A DNA stretch of 61,485 bases, the filler included, from Mustelus asterias (lineage: Eukaryota), in the NCBI RefSeq assembly GCF_964213995.1. It is 3 parts of 3 records of this genome, joined end to end, with 100 filler letters (N's around TTAATTAATTAA, not from the genome) between each part and the next. Parts side by side here need not be neighbours in the genome. Positions count along the whole stretch, not along the records: positions 1 to 22,793 come from NW_027591538.1; positions 22,894 to 53,297 come from NW_027591989.1; 1 more part is not named here. One strand, written 5' to 3'. The position numbers and the translations under genes were made by a program. Under the pieces are notes generated by a model. It searched no databases. It saw only the letters and a list, made by a program, of their open reading frames with translations, and was not told the origin of the DNA. Of this stretch, positions 10,734-23,749 are shown piece by piece; positions within the stretch are counted from its first letter, which is position 1, and each line of letters opens with the position of its first letter.

Positions 10734-12361
10734 CCACACTGATAAACAGAAATAATTATTTTGTCTCGACAGTGATAGTCACAGGGTCATAAACAAAATA
10801 TCAAAACAAAACACAACACTCAACACGAACGGCTGAGCCACAGTTGAATTTTTAACTTGCTACTATACTAAAAATACATTTACAGTTCCTTAACTCACGC
10901 TTCAACCTTTGATGACATTTTCTTGCCTGTGTGAATTATTGTGCAGCACTTTCCCCATCTTCACTCTCCTTTTCAAGGTCTCTTTGATCAAAGGGTCTAT
11001 TTGATCAGAGTATTTTGCTGCCTAAGGGACAGCTTATATTGGCATATACATTTCGCAAGGTTATCATTGTGCTATTTAAAACAATCCCTGAGAACAGGTT
11101 GCCATCAATGTTCATTCTCATTTTGAATGTCTGTCAAATGTTTTCGGACACAATTCACAACCCAGTGTTTCTCTGTTTCAATAATCAGACCAGCGACTTC
11201 ATTCCCACCCCTGGCCCCAACAATATAGCGATTTTCCTCACAAGCACACTGATTATATCTCAGCTTGGGTTATTTCTGCTCACTGGAAGCCAGGTCTCCA
11301 GCTTCAGGGCTAAAAACACCACTGCGACACATTTTTTTTTTATTTCAAAAATATACTTTATTCACAAAAAAAAACTCTCCAATAAAACATTGCAAAATGA
11401 CAGATCCAAAGGTCATAAACAGTGCAAAAAAGAATCATTTTTACAGTACAATACAGTGCTTATTTACAAAAACATTACATTTTGTTACATTTCATTTCTT
11501 AAAACTATATACATGTGTCAGAGTTTACTGTGTGCCGTTATTTTTCAGGTTGGCACACAGTTACTCAGGCCGAGGGTATTCTGCAGTTACCCGGCCCTCG
11601 GTCTGCCTCGGTTGAGACGGGGTGGGGAGGGGGAACTTCAGATAGGCAATTGTGGAATAAACACATTTAAAGTAATTTCCCAATCGTGATTTCAACCTAA
11701 AGTTTAAACACACTCCGATATGATTGATTCGGGTTTGAACATGTATTTCAGATCTGAGTCATGGAAATTATGTCACTTACTTATTGTCCTCAAATGATGA
11801 GACAGAAAAAGAAGTAGTTTTTTTTACAAGTTTCAACTATGACATTGCAAGGATTGTCTTTGTTTTATTCTGGAACTCACTGATCAATATCAGCTTTATG
11901 ATATTGAACTGCGCTCGCAGGGAGTCTTACTCATGTTTGCAGACAATCGTGAAACAAACAACAGCAACAGCACCGGTCAGGCAGCCAAACCTCTCCATCT
12001 CCAGCTGGAGAAATTGGACTCTGAAGAGATGATCCGAATAAGGACTCACTTACGGAATTTATGATGGAAACCAATCCAACCCCGCACTTTGCATTGTGTT
12101 CGGGAGCTCCTGTCTGTCGGATTGTAAAATAGTAATTGCTTAGCGTTGCAAAGCCAATGCAGAGAGCGGACTGGCCAAGCCAGAATCCATCTCCTCATTG
12201 CCCCCAAAACCAATTCAAATTGAATCTAATTCATGGTCCTCGCAAAAAATCCAAGCTGACATGAAAGAGCATCGCACCTGATCTTGGACTCGATTTGATG
12301 CTTGATTCGAGCCCAAAGACCGAGGTGCCTGCTTTCTGTTTTAGTTATATCCAATCAAAAA

Positions 12362-12749
12362 CCAGGGGAACTGGATTAATTGTTAGATTACACAGTGATA
12401 TGTCACAGAGCAGTAATCCAGGGGAACTGGATTAATTGTTGGATTACACAGTGATATGTTACAGAGCAGTAATCCAGGGGAACTGGATTAATTGTTAGAT
12501 TACACAGTGATATGTTACAGAGCAGTAATCCAGGGGAACTGGATTAATTGTTAGATTACACAGTGATATGTTACAGAGCAGTAATCCAGGGGAACTGGAT
12601 TAATTGTGAGATTACACAGTGATATGTCACAGAGCAGTAATCCAGGGGAACTGGATTAATTGTTAGATTACACAGTGATATGTTACAGAGCAGTAATCCA
12701 GGGGAACTGGAGTAATTGTTAGATTACACAGTGATATGTCACAGAGCAG
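12362..12749. repeat. 56-bp minisatellite, about 7 near-identical copies
   Basis: Unit CCAGGGGAACTGGATTAATTGTTAGATTACACAGTGATATGTYACAGAGCAGTAAT. Confidence 0.95.
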
Positions 12750-13590
12750 AAATGGATGTTAAGTTTGCTGATGACACAACGATAGATTGGAAAATAAATG
12801 GTGATGAGGATGTAAGGGGACGATGAAGGGACATAAGTAGTTCAGTGAATTGGCAAAGCTTCGACAAATTGTGTTTAATGTGGGCGGATGTGAAAATGTA
12901 CATTTTGGCCTGATGAATATAAAATACACTTAATAACTAAATGGTGCGAGATCACAACATTCTGAGGGACAGAGGGATTGGGCCGTCCTTGGGCATGAAT
13001 CAAAAGGGGCTAATATACAGGTACAGCAATTAATCAGAAATGTCATGAAATGTTACCATTTATGACGAGGGAATGAATTATTAAATAGGAAGGGTCAGAA
13101 ATTCCTCAGATATAGGAGCAGATTTAGGCCATTCGGCCCATCGAGTCCGTTCCGTCATTCGATCATGGCTGATATGCTCCTCATCCCCATTTTCCTGCCT
13201 TCTCCCCATAACCCTTCAACCCATTACCAATTAAAAATCTGTCTAACCCCTCCTTAAATTTACTCACTGTCCCAGCCTCCTCCGCTCTTTGGGGTAGCGA
13301 ATTTCACAGATTCACAACCCTTTGGGAGAAGTAGTTTCTCCTCAACTCTGTTTTAAATTTGCTGCCCCTTATCCTAAGACTGTGACCTCTCGTCCTAGAA
13401 TGTCCCAGAAGAGGAAGCATCCTCTCCACGTCTACTTTATCCGTACCTTTTATCATCTTGTCAGTGATCTCTCATTCTTCTAAATTCACGCATGTTTCCA
13501 TTGTGCAAGGCACTGGAGAGACCACATCTGGAGTATTGTGTACAATACTTGATTCCTTATCTATAGAAAGATGGTAATGTGTTAGAAAAC
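12750..13590 (+). mobile_element. Degraded CR1 ORF2 fragment interrupted by an antisense LINE 3' end (~13108-13485)
   Basis: KFADDT motif (aagtttgctgatgacaca) at ~12761. The RPHLEYCVQ-like motif resumes at ~13520. The insert begins with the reverse-complemented CR1 tail (taggccattcggcccatcgag). Confidence 0.7.
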
Positions 13591-13734
13591 TGCCCCAGGC
13601 TCCTGTGAATTCCTCCAACTGGTATTTAATGTAGACTTGAATTGATTTATTTTAAAACGGTTTTTTTTAAACATATTGAGACTGGCCTGAAAGTGGTAGA
13701 CTGGGGACTATCACACAGATGCTCTCAATCTGAT

Positions 13735-14095
13735 GGTGTGGTGGTATTGTCACTGGACTGGGAGCCCAGAGTCCGAGGGTAATGCACTGGGCAGCCAGCT
13801 TCCAATCACACCACAGCAAATAGTGAAATCTCAATTCAATAAAAATCTGTCATTAAAGGTCTGGTGATGACCATGAAACCATTGCCGTTAAAACCCATTT
13901 GGTTCCCCGATGCCCTTCAGAGAAGGAATTTATCCGACTCCAGAATAAGACCAGAGGATGCTGGAAAATCTCAGCAGGTCTGGTAGGACCTGTAAGTCTT
14001 TCATGTGAATCCAGGTCCACACGATGTGGTTGACTCTGGAATGGCCCAGCAAGCAAGCTGCTCAGTTCAAGGGCAGTTAGGGATAGACCGCAAGC
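13735..14095 (+). mobile_element. Degraded shark SINE-like element
   Basis: tRNA-like head (ggtgtggtggtattgtcactggact...) and a body resembling a dispersed elasmobranch repeat. Family recognised from memory only. Confidence 0.45.
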
Positions 14096-16548
14096 AAGGA
14101 ACTGGGAACAATCTGCACTAAATATTGGCCAGTTATTTTCAGTCTGGAAATGTAAAGCTGCCGTTTCGCTCTCAGTCAGGAACAGATCCCAGTTTTACAC
14201 CAATCTCTGATTTAACAGCACATTGGAGAGCTGGTGCAGACACGATGGGCCAAATGGCCTCCTGCACCAACACTATTCTGTGAAATCTTAGAAAAACAGG
14301 GAAATGCTGGAATTAAACTCAGCAGGTTCGGCTGCATCTGTGCAGAGAGAGAGAGAGAAACAGAGTTAACATTTCAGCTCTGTGACCTTTCCTGTGAACT
14401 GGGGAAAGTTCGAAATGTAACAGGTTTGGAGAAAGGGGCGGGTGGGACAGGGACTAAAGGAAGGTCTGTGAGAGGGTGGAAGACAGGAGAGATTGAATGA
14501 GAGAAAAGTGAACCCCCACCCCCAGAGCCAAAGGGAATGGAGATGGAGCGAGAGAAGGAACAGAGAAACAGAAGCTGTGTCTGGAGCAGGGGGGCTGCCG
14601 ACTGAAAGAAAGAAAAATGAAACAAGCAAAGAAAAAGAAGCAGAACGGGCTGAGAGTTCACTCTCTGAAACTGTTGGACTGAATCTTGAGTCCAGAAGGC
14701 TGTAAAGTGTGGAGGGGGTGGGTGAGTGGGGGGGGATGTTCTCCTGGACCTGCTCCAGACCCTGGTTAAAACAGTAACCAGTAGATCCAGGATGGGGGGG
14801 AGGGGGTCACTCTGGCTGATCTGCTGTGGTCTTGTCTGTGCCCAGCTCAATCTGATCTGTGCAACTCAAACACACTGGAGAGTGTTTGATAGGAAATGAA
14901 GATTGTGAATCTAACTCAGTGTGTGAACTCCCTCAGAGGCTCCCACACTGCATTCCAACAAACTGAGCTGGATTGGACTGAATGGGAAGTCATGGGAATG
15001 TAGCCCTCACTGACTTCATGCATCAAGTACATTTCTGGATGGAAATTAGCTGCATAGACTCCAGCCTGGTTGTTGGTGTGAAACAGGAGCTGATGTCTAT
15101 CTGTGTGTGTGTGAGTCCCTGCGTGCAGCTCCCAGAGAGTTTAAAATCCTGCATCTGTCTCTCTGCAGAGCTGCTGGTTAAAGACACACTTACAGCATTT
15201 ATCAGACAGAAACTTCACTCTCATTCTCTCCCTCCCCTCCCCCAGCCAGTGCTTCTGTTTAAAAAACAGTTTAAACGCTTTATGTTGCAGCTCTGATCTC
15301 TGGTGAATCATTAACCACACACACACATTCAGACACCCGGACAGACAGATTGTAAATCAGAAGTGGCAGTTGTAAATGCAGCAACAAAGAACTTTGCAAG
15401 ATATTGTTTCAGTTCAGGCAACTTAAGGAAAAGTGAATTTTGCAAGAATCAGCAAAGGGTGCAAACCTGTAGCCGATGGAGTCCTGGATGAACAAGTTGT
15501 ACAATCCACATTCAGACCTGGCCTCTCTCTCTCTCTGGCAGTGCAGGGCTGCGAGTTAATTGAAACCCATCTTCTCTCAGCTCCCAGTGCTGGTGATGTG
15601 AAGCTGGGAGTGGGGGGGGAGGGAGAGCCTTGGGATAAACCATTTGCCTGGTGCTCACTAACCCCCACACACACAAACACCCCCCACACACTCAGAGACA
15701 GGTTGGTGTTGGACTGGCCCATACCTGGAGGAGGTGTGTTCAGGTGAGGTGTAGGAGATGTGGTTGGATAAGGATTGATTGGGGAGGTGTGGGACTCAGT
15801 GAGGTTATAAAAAGGCTGGCGATGCATTGTCCAGTCTCTCTCTACACGTGGGTTGGTAAGTATCAGGTAAGCTGTGTCTTTGTGAGTGAGTGAGTCAGTG
15901 TGTGCTTGCATGGAGTTCCAGCTCTGATATTTTAACCCCCCCTTTCCCAGCACAAAACCCCTGGCCAAGGATCTGTCTCCCCCACCATGGTAGAGGGGAT
16001 GGAAGGAGTTGGAGAGATCACCGAGGGAAAACATGGGCGATGGTGAGTATGAACCTCTTGACTTTCTGTCTACACCTTTCCCGCCTCAGCCCTGCTTTTC
16101 TCTCTGTTTGCAGCCTCCTCTCAATCTCCCTCTCCAGCNNNNNNNNNNNNNNNNNNNNNNNNNNNNNNNNNNNNNNNNNNNNNNNNNNNNNNNNNNNNNN
16201 NNNNNNNNNNNNNNNNNNNNNNNNNNNNNNNNNNNNNNNNNNNNNNNNNNNNNNNNNNNNNNNNNNNNNNNNNNNNNNNNNNNNNNNNNNNNNNNNNNNN
16301 NNNNNNNNNNNNNNNNNNNNNNNNNNNNNNNNNNNNNNNNNNNNNNNNNNNNNNNNNNNNNNNNNNNNNNNNNNNNNNNNNNNNNNNNNNNNNNNNNNNN
16401 NNNNNNNNNNNNNNNNNNNNNNNNNNNNNNNNNNNNNNNNNNNNNNNNNNNNNNNNNNNNNNNNNNNNNNNNNNNNNNNNNNNNNNNNNNNNNNNNNNNN
16501 NNNNNNNNNNNNNNNNNNNNNNNNNNNNNNNNNNNNNNNNNNNNNNNC

Positions 16549-18965
16549 CCCCCCCTCCTGGGCTTTGCCCCCCCCTCCTGGGCTTTGCCCCCCCCTCCTG
16601 GGCTTTGCCCCCCCCTCCTGGGCTTTGCCCCCCCCTCCTGGGCTTTGCCCCCCCCCTCCTGGGCTTTGCCCCCCCCTCCTGGGCTTTGCCCCCCCCTCCT
16701 GGGCTTTGCCCCCCCCTCCTGGGCTTTGCCCCCCCCCTCCTGGGCTTTGCCCCCCCCCTCCTGGGCTTTGCCCCCCCCCTCCTGGGCTTTGCCCCCCCCC
16801 TCCTGGGCTTTGCCCCCCCCCTCCTGGGCTTTGCCCCCCCCCTCCTGGGCTTTGCCCCCCCCCCCTCCTGGGCTTTGCCCCCCCCCCCCCTCCTGGGCTT
16901 TGCCCCCCCCCCTCCTGGGCTTTGCCCCCCCCCCTCCTGGGCTTTGCCCCCCCCTCCTGGGCTTTGCACCCCTGGGCATTGCCCCCCCCGCTTGCCCCCC
17001 CCCCCCCCGCTTGCCCCCCCCCCGCTTGCCCCCCCCCGCTTGCCCCCCCCCCGCTTGCCCCCCCCCCGCTTGCCCCCCCCCCGCTTGCCCCCCCCGCTTG
17101 CCCCCCCCGCTTGCCCGCCCCCCGCTTGCCCGCCCCCCGCTTGCCCGCCCCCCGCTTGCCCGCCCCCCGCTTGCCCGCCCCCCGCTTGCCCGCCCCCCGC
17201 TTGCCCGCCCCCCGCTTGCCCGCCCCCCGCTTGCCCGCCCCCCGCTTGCCCGCCCCCCGCTTGCCCGCCCCCCGCTTGCCCGCCCCCCGCTTGCCCGCCC
17301 CCGCTTGCCCGCCCCCGCTTGCCCGCCCCCCGCTTGCCCGCCCCCCGCTTGCCCGCCCCCCGCTTGCCCGCCCCCCGCTTGCCCGCCCCCCGCTTGCCCG
17401 CCCCCCGCTTGCCCGCCCCCCGACTGCCCGCCCCCCGACTGCCCGCCCCCCGACTGCCCGCCCCCCCGACTGCCCGCCCCCCGACTGCCCGCCCCCCCGA
17501 CTGCCCGCCCCCCCGACTGCCCGCCCCCCCGACTGCCCNNNNNNNNNNNNNNNNNNNNNNNNNNNNNNNNNNNNNNNNNNNNNNNNNNNNNNNNNNNNNN
17601 NNNNNNNNNNNNNNNNNNNNNNNNNNNNNNNNNNNNNNNNNNNNNNNNNNNNNNNNNNNNNNNNNNNNNNNNNNNNNNNNNNNNNNNNNNNNNNNNNNNN
17701 NNNNNNNNNNNNNNNNNNNNNNNNNNNNNNNNNNNNNNNNNNNNNNNNNNNNNNNNNNNNNNNNNNNNNNNNNNNNNNNNNNNNNNNNNNNNNNNNNNNN
17801 NNNNNNNNNNNNNNNNNNNNNNNNNNNNNNNNNNNNNNNNNNNNNNNNNNNNNNNNNNNNNNNNNNNNNNNNNNNNNNNNNNNNNNNNNNNNNNNNNNNN
17901 NNNNNNNNNNNNNNNNNNNNNNNNNNNNNNNNNNNNNNNNNNNNNNNNNNNNNNNNNNNNNNNCGACTGCCCGCCCCCCCCCGACTGCCCCCCCCCCGAC
18001 TGCCCCCGCCCCCGACTGCCCCCCCCCCCGACTGCCCCCCCCCCGACTGCCCCCCCCCCGACTGCCCGCCCCCCGACTGCCCGCCCCCCGACTGCCNNNN
18101 NNNNNNNNNNNNNNNNNNNNNNNNNNNNNNNNNNNNNNNNNNNNNNNNNNNNNNNNNNNNNNNNNNNNNNNNNNNNNNNNNNNNNNNNNNNNNNNNNNNN
18201 NNNNNNNNNNNNNNNNNNNNNNNNNNNNNNNNNNNNNNNNNNNNNNNNNNNNNNNNNNNNNNNNNNNNNNNNNNNNNNNNNNNNNNNNNNNNNNNNNNNN
18301 NNNNNNNNNNNNNNNNNNNNNNNNNNNNNNNNNNNNNNNNNNNNNNNNNNNNNNNNNNNNNNNNNNNNNNNNNNNNNNNNNNNNNNNNNNNNNNNNNNNN
18401 NNNNNNNNNNNNNNNNNNNNNNNNNNNNNNNNNNNNNNNNNNNNNNNNNNNNNNNNNNNNNNNNNNNNNNNNNNNNNNNNNNNNNNNNNNNNNNNNNNNN
18501 NNNNNNNNNNNNNNNNNNNNNNNNNNNNNNNNNNNNNNNNNNNNNNNNNNNNNNNNNNNNNNNNNNNNNNNNNNNNNNNNNNNNNNNNNNNNNNNNNNNN
18601 NNNNNNNNNNNNNNNNNNNNNNNNNNNNNNNNNNNNNNNNNNNNNNNNNNNNNNNNNNNNNNNNNNNNNNNNNNNNNNNNNNNNNNNNNNNNNNNNNNNN
18701 NNNNNNNNNNNNNNNNNNNNNNNNNNNNNNNNNNNNNNNNNNNNNNNNNNNNNNNNNNNNNNNNNNNNNNNNNNNNNNNNNNNNNNNNNNNNNNNNNNNN
18801 NNNNNNNNNNNNNNNNNNNNNNNNNNNNNNNNNNNNNNNNNNNNNNNNNNNNNNNNNNNNNNNNNNNNNNNNNNNNNNNNNNCGACTGCCCGCCCCCCGA
18901 CTGCCCGCCCCCCGACTGCCCGCCCCCCGCTTGTTCCCCCCCCCCCCCCGCTTGTTCCCCCCCCG
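16549..18965. repeat. C-rich tandem array with progressively changing unit, partly N-masked
   Basis: Units change from C(n)TCCTGGGCTTTG to CCCGCCCCCCGCTTG to CCCGCCCCCCGACTG. Confidence 0.95.
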
Positions 18966-21900
18966 AGCTGTCCCCCCCTCTCAGACCCGCCCTGACCAAT
19001 TCCTCTGAGACCCTCCAGTCCCACCAGGATTTCACCCCCCCTCCCCCCAAATCCCAGCCCTATCCATAGGGGCCCCTCCCCAGCTCCTGAACTCCTGTCC
19101 CCAAACCCCACCCCCACCGACAGACCCAAACCCCACCCCCACCGACAGACCCAAACCCCACCCCCACCGACAGACCCAAACCCCACCCCCACCGACAGAC
19201 CCAAACCCCACCCCCACCGACAGACCCAAACCCCACCCCCACCGACAGACCCAGCCCCCACCGACAGACCCGAACCCCACACCCACCCCCACCGACAGAC
19301 CCGAACCCCACCCCCACCGACAGACCCGAACCCCACCCCCACCGACAGACCCGAACCCCACCCCCACCGACAGACCCGAACCCCACACCCACCGACAGAC
19401 CCAACCCCCACTGAGCCTAATCCCCCCCGACTCCTGAACCCACTCCCAATCCTAAACCTGCCGCACTCAATCTCTCACCCCCAAATTCCCCTCTCCCCTC
19501 CAGGTTCCCCACCCCCCAAAACCCCCTTTAAATCCCCACTGCCCAAACCCACTCTCAGTCCCTCCACTTAAACCCCTCTGAACCTCCCCTCTGCCCAATC
19601 TCTCTCTGCCCCTCCTCCCGATCCTCTCTGCCCCTCCCCCTGATCCTCTCTGCCCAATCTTCTCCAATCCCAATTCCCCCCCCCCCCCCCCACTCCAGCC
19701 AAATCTGTTGTCCCTCCTCACAATCCCTCTAAATCTCCCGATCCTTCCCTCTGAGCCCCGTACCCCGCTCCCCCACTGCCCAAACCATCTTCAAAGCCCC
19801 CCGGCTGAATATCCCTCTAAGTTCCCCTCTTTCCCCCCACCCCTCTCAACCTGGCAAATTCCCACTCCCTCCCTGTGAACAGCCTCTGGACTGACAGATC
19901 CCCCCCCTTCTAATTAGTAACCCCCCCCCCCCCCCCCCCACCACACATCTATCCCCGTCCACCACCCCCCTGTAAACAGCTCCTGGTGGAGTTGGATGTG
20001 GAAACTCTGCCCATTTTAAACATTAACGTTCAAACGACTAATTCCCCTGACACTGAGCAGCCTGTGTTATAACATCCCGCACCCCCATCCTGTACAACAG
20101 ACCCCCTGTCTGATTCCCCCCCCCCCCTCAATTGCCCCCTTTCTCTGATAACCCCTGACTCTGGTCAGCCTGTGTTATAATATTCCCCCCTCTTGTACAA
20201 CAGCCTCCCCCACCAGCCCCTTCCCTCTCTGTCTAATAGCCCCTGGCTCTGAACAAGCCCCTGTATTACACACTCCCCCCTTTCAGCAGTGCTGAATCCC
20301 TCTGAATTGCCCCCGATTCCCTCCCTCTGCGTTCCTGGGCCTTTGCTGCTTGTGAACAGCAAACCCGTGATCTGGCCCGTCCCCCACGAGAGAGCAGAGA
20401 GGGAGATAAGAGGCAGAGAAGCAGAGAGATATAGAGATGGAGTTAGAGAGAATGCTACTGTAATTCAGACAGAATGATTCACAGAGAGAGGGAAGCAGAG
20501 ATCAGATACAGAGAGAGATAAGAGGCAGAGAGATATAGAGATGGAGATAGGATGCGACTGTAATTCAGACATTGATTCACAGAGAAGGGAGGGAGCAGAG
20601 ATAAGAGACAGAGATATAGAGATGGAGTTAGTGAGGAATCTGCTGTGATTCAGACAATGATTCACAGAGAGAGGGAAGCAGAGAACAGATAGAGATATAG
20701 AGACAGAGGATGCTACTTTAATTCAAACAGACTGAGTCAGGGGGAGGCAGAGATAGAGAGAGGGGGAAGCAGAGAGAGATAGAGAGAGTCAAGCAGATAG
20801 CTAGAGAGATAAGACAGAGAAGCAGAGTTAAAGTTCAAATTTTATTCGTCACAAGTAGGCTTACATTAACACTGCAATGAAGTTACTGTGAAAAGATGGA
20901 GATAGAGAGAATGCTGCTGTACTTCAGACAGAATGAGTCAGAGAGGGAGCAGAGATAGATAGAGCGAGAGAGAGATGGAGAGGAGGCTGCTGTGATTGAG
21001 ATAAAATGATCCACAGAGAGGGAGAGAGAGATGTGCAGAGAGGCTGAGATACAAAGTGAGATGTCGAGATAAATAGAAAGTGGGGCTTTGGCAAGACAGT
21101 GACAAAGTTTCAGAGAGAGAGTGAAAGATAGAGAGAATGAGAGAAAAGGGAGAAAGATGCTGCCATTTTGAGAGGCTGAGGTATAAAGGATGGGGAGAGA
21201 CAGGGATTGGAAAGATGTGGAGAAACAGTTCTGAGGATGGGGGAGTTGCACAGACAGAGCTTCAGGGAGAGGGATTGAAATCTGGGATTACATTGGAGCA
21301 GGGATCACTGGGAATACCCCCTCCCCCTGACACACAGACCACTAACCCTCCGTGTAAAAGCCCCACCAGTCTATCTGTGAATAAAAATGAACGACCAAGA
21401 CACGGGGACTTTTATTAATATTTTTCTCTCTGGTTATAGCTCTTGTCCGAGGATTCCTCACGGCAAAACTATTCGCTCTCTGCATCGCCAAAGTTTCCAA
21501 AGGAATTCTCCTTGGAAGAGAGAAAGAGAAAATAAAGTGAAATTTGATTAAACACAAAACAAAAGCTGATTATAAACAATAAAAGGCACAGCAAGATCCC
21601 AGGACTTGCTGAAATTCACAATCTCACTGGGGGAGGTGGGGGAAACATTCATTTTCACCTCCTCATTATTAAACCCTGACAAAATGGGAACACGTTTCAA
21701 ATGCAATGAACTTCCAACTGCCTCCTGACTGTCCCGATATTGAATTTATTAAACACATCAAAGCATTCTGGGGGCTTTACTCCAGAGACAGGCCAGTGAA
21801 AAAACACAGGAGGCCCCAATGAAGTTCCCACTTCTATCAGTCACCTCTCTCCCCTCACTCTGTTTCTCCCTCTCCGTCTCTTACACACTTCCCCCCAGAT

Positions 21901-22793
21901 CTCTATCTGTCCAATACCCCGTCTCTGCTCCTGTCTCTGGATAACCTGTCCTGATCTCTGCTCTGTTTCTCTATCTCGAGGCGAATCTGGATTGAAATGC
22001 TCTCTCTAAGTTTCTGTCTGACCGTTTAAAATAAAACTCACAATCAAAAGGGAAATGAGAAGGGGGCGGGAGCTGGAAAATCCACAATCCCACCCTGAAG
22101 CGGCTGCTTCACATTTTATTGAACCATTGAATTCAGCCACTTAAACCCTGTTGGGGAATTAAGCGAATGCAAAAGTGCTGCTGAGATTTAGGCCGTGAAG
22201 TGAGGCCTAGTCACAGAGGCTGCATTATTCCTCCGGTAGAAAGAACAAACCCCCCTCTCTCCCACCCCCCAGTTAAACAGAACAATCTTCTCCATCCACA
22301 CCCACAAATCCCAGCGCCCTGTCTAAAAACACAAGCAGGACTCTGGGATTGAGAACAAGCCTTTCCCCCAGGCTCAGGAATTTGAATTTCAGCTCCCTCT
22401 CCCTCCCGAGTGCTTCACAGTGAGAGAGAGAGAGAGACTGGGAATGCTGCAATCAGGATCCCACAGGGAGTCCCACACTGCAGGAGGACACCCCCCCCAC
22501 CCCCAGAGCCTCTGTCTCTATCCCCCTACCCCCCCTCCACTGAGCCCCCCCACACTCCCCACCCATTCTCTGTTCCTCTCTCTCTACCCCACCCTCCTTC
22601 CTCTCCATCTTTTCATGTTTAAAGTGTGGGGCGCTGTCACAGTGCAGGGAATATGGGGCGGGGAGGAGGGCACAGCAAGATCCCACACACAGTCTGAGCA
22701 GGGCTAGATACAAAGTGATTTTTAAGTGAGGATTGGGCTAAAGTGAGTGGGCAATGAGGGAACCACACTTCTCCCTCTCTCTCCCTCGCTCCC
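18942..22793 (+). repeat. Left copy of a ~3.9-kb near-identical inverted duplication (partner 49438-53297)
   Basis: Identical ORF translations on opposite strands, e.g. 20165-20362(-) = 51870-52067(+) and 21342-21557(-) = 50675-50890(+). Confidence 0.95.
19100..19410. repeat. 25-bp minisatellite (CCCRAACCCCACCCCCACCGACAGA), mirrored at ~52828-53138
   Basis: About 12 direct tandem copies. Confidence 0.95.
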
Positions 22794-22893
22794 NNNNNNN
22801 NNNNNNNNNNNNNNNNNNNNNNNNNNNNNNNNNNNNNTTAATTAATTAANNNNNNNNNNNNNNNNNNNNNNNNNNNNNNNNNNNNNNNNNNNN
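22794..22893. other. Artificial contig spacer N44-TTAATTAATTAA-N44
   Basis: Exactly 100 bp. The palindromic 12-mer places stops in all six frames. An identical structure occurs at 53298-53397. Confidence 0.93.
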
Positions 22894-23710
22894 TGTGTGT
22901 GAGAGANNNNNNNNNNNNNNNNNNNNNNNNNNNNNNNNNNNNNNNNNNNNNNNNNNNNNNNNNNNNNNNNNNNNNNNNNNNNNNNNNNNNNNNNNNNNNN
23001 NNNNNNNNNNNNNNNNNNNNNNNNNNNNNNNNNNNNNNNNNNNNNNNNNNNNNNGTGCGTGTGAGAGAGACTGTGTGTGTGAGAGTGTGCGCGAGAGAGA
23101 GAGTGTGTGCGAGAGAGCGTGTGCGTGAGAGAGAGTGTGTGTGTGAGAGAGAGAGTGTGTGCGGGAGAGAGAGTGTGTGCGTGAGAGAGAGTATATGTTT
23201 GAGAGAGAGTGTATGTGTGAGAGAGAGAGTGTGTGCGGGAGAGAGAGTGTGTGTGTGAGAGAGCGTATATGTTTGAGAGAGAGTGTATGTGTGAGAGAGG
23301 GAGTGTGTGTGTGAGAGAGTGTGTGAGGGAGTGATTGTGTGTGTGAGAGTGTGTGTGTGAGAGAGAGAGTATATGTTTGAAAGAGAGTGTATGTGTGAGA
23401 GAGAGAGTGTATGTGTGTGAGAGAGTGAGTGTTTCTGTGTGTGTGAGAGACTGAGTGCATGTGTGTGAGAGAGTGTCAGTGAGAGAGAATGTGTGAGCGT
23501 GAAAGTGTGTGTGAGAGAATGTGTGTGAGAGAGAAAGTGTGTGAGAGAGAAAGTGTGTGAGAGAGAGAGAAAGAGTGTTTGTGACAGAGAGAAAGAGCAT
23601 GTGTGTGAGTGAGAGAGTGCGTAAGAGATAGTGCATGTGTGTGTGAGAGACAGAGAGAGCATGTGTGTATGTGTGTGTGTCTGAGAGTGTGTAAGGAGAG
23701 TGTGTGTGTG
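22894..23710. repeat. (GT)n/(GA)n compound simple repeat
   Basis: Directly visible. Confidence 0.95.
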
Positions 23711-23749
23711 ACCTGATCTTCCTCTGCAGTCTATCTGTAACTGAATCAC

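Noticed and set aside
11015-11689. 224-aa ORF
   Set aside because: It has a non-ATG start, is AT-rich and low-complexity, crosses a poly-T tract, and has no recognisable motif.
12362-12749. CRISPR-like appearance (palindromic repeat array)
   Set aside because: Units are head-to-tail with no unique spacers, there are no cas genes, and the DNA is vertebrate.
15950-16041. Possible plus-strand exon ending ATGGGCGATG|GTGAGT
   Set aside because: Splice-like signals only; no partner exon or homology identified.
15890-19411. 800-1100 aa Pro-rich and Gly-rich ORFs
   Set aside because: They are translations of C-rich tandem repeats and N runs, open in most frames on both strands.
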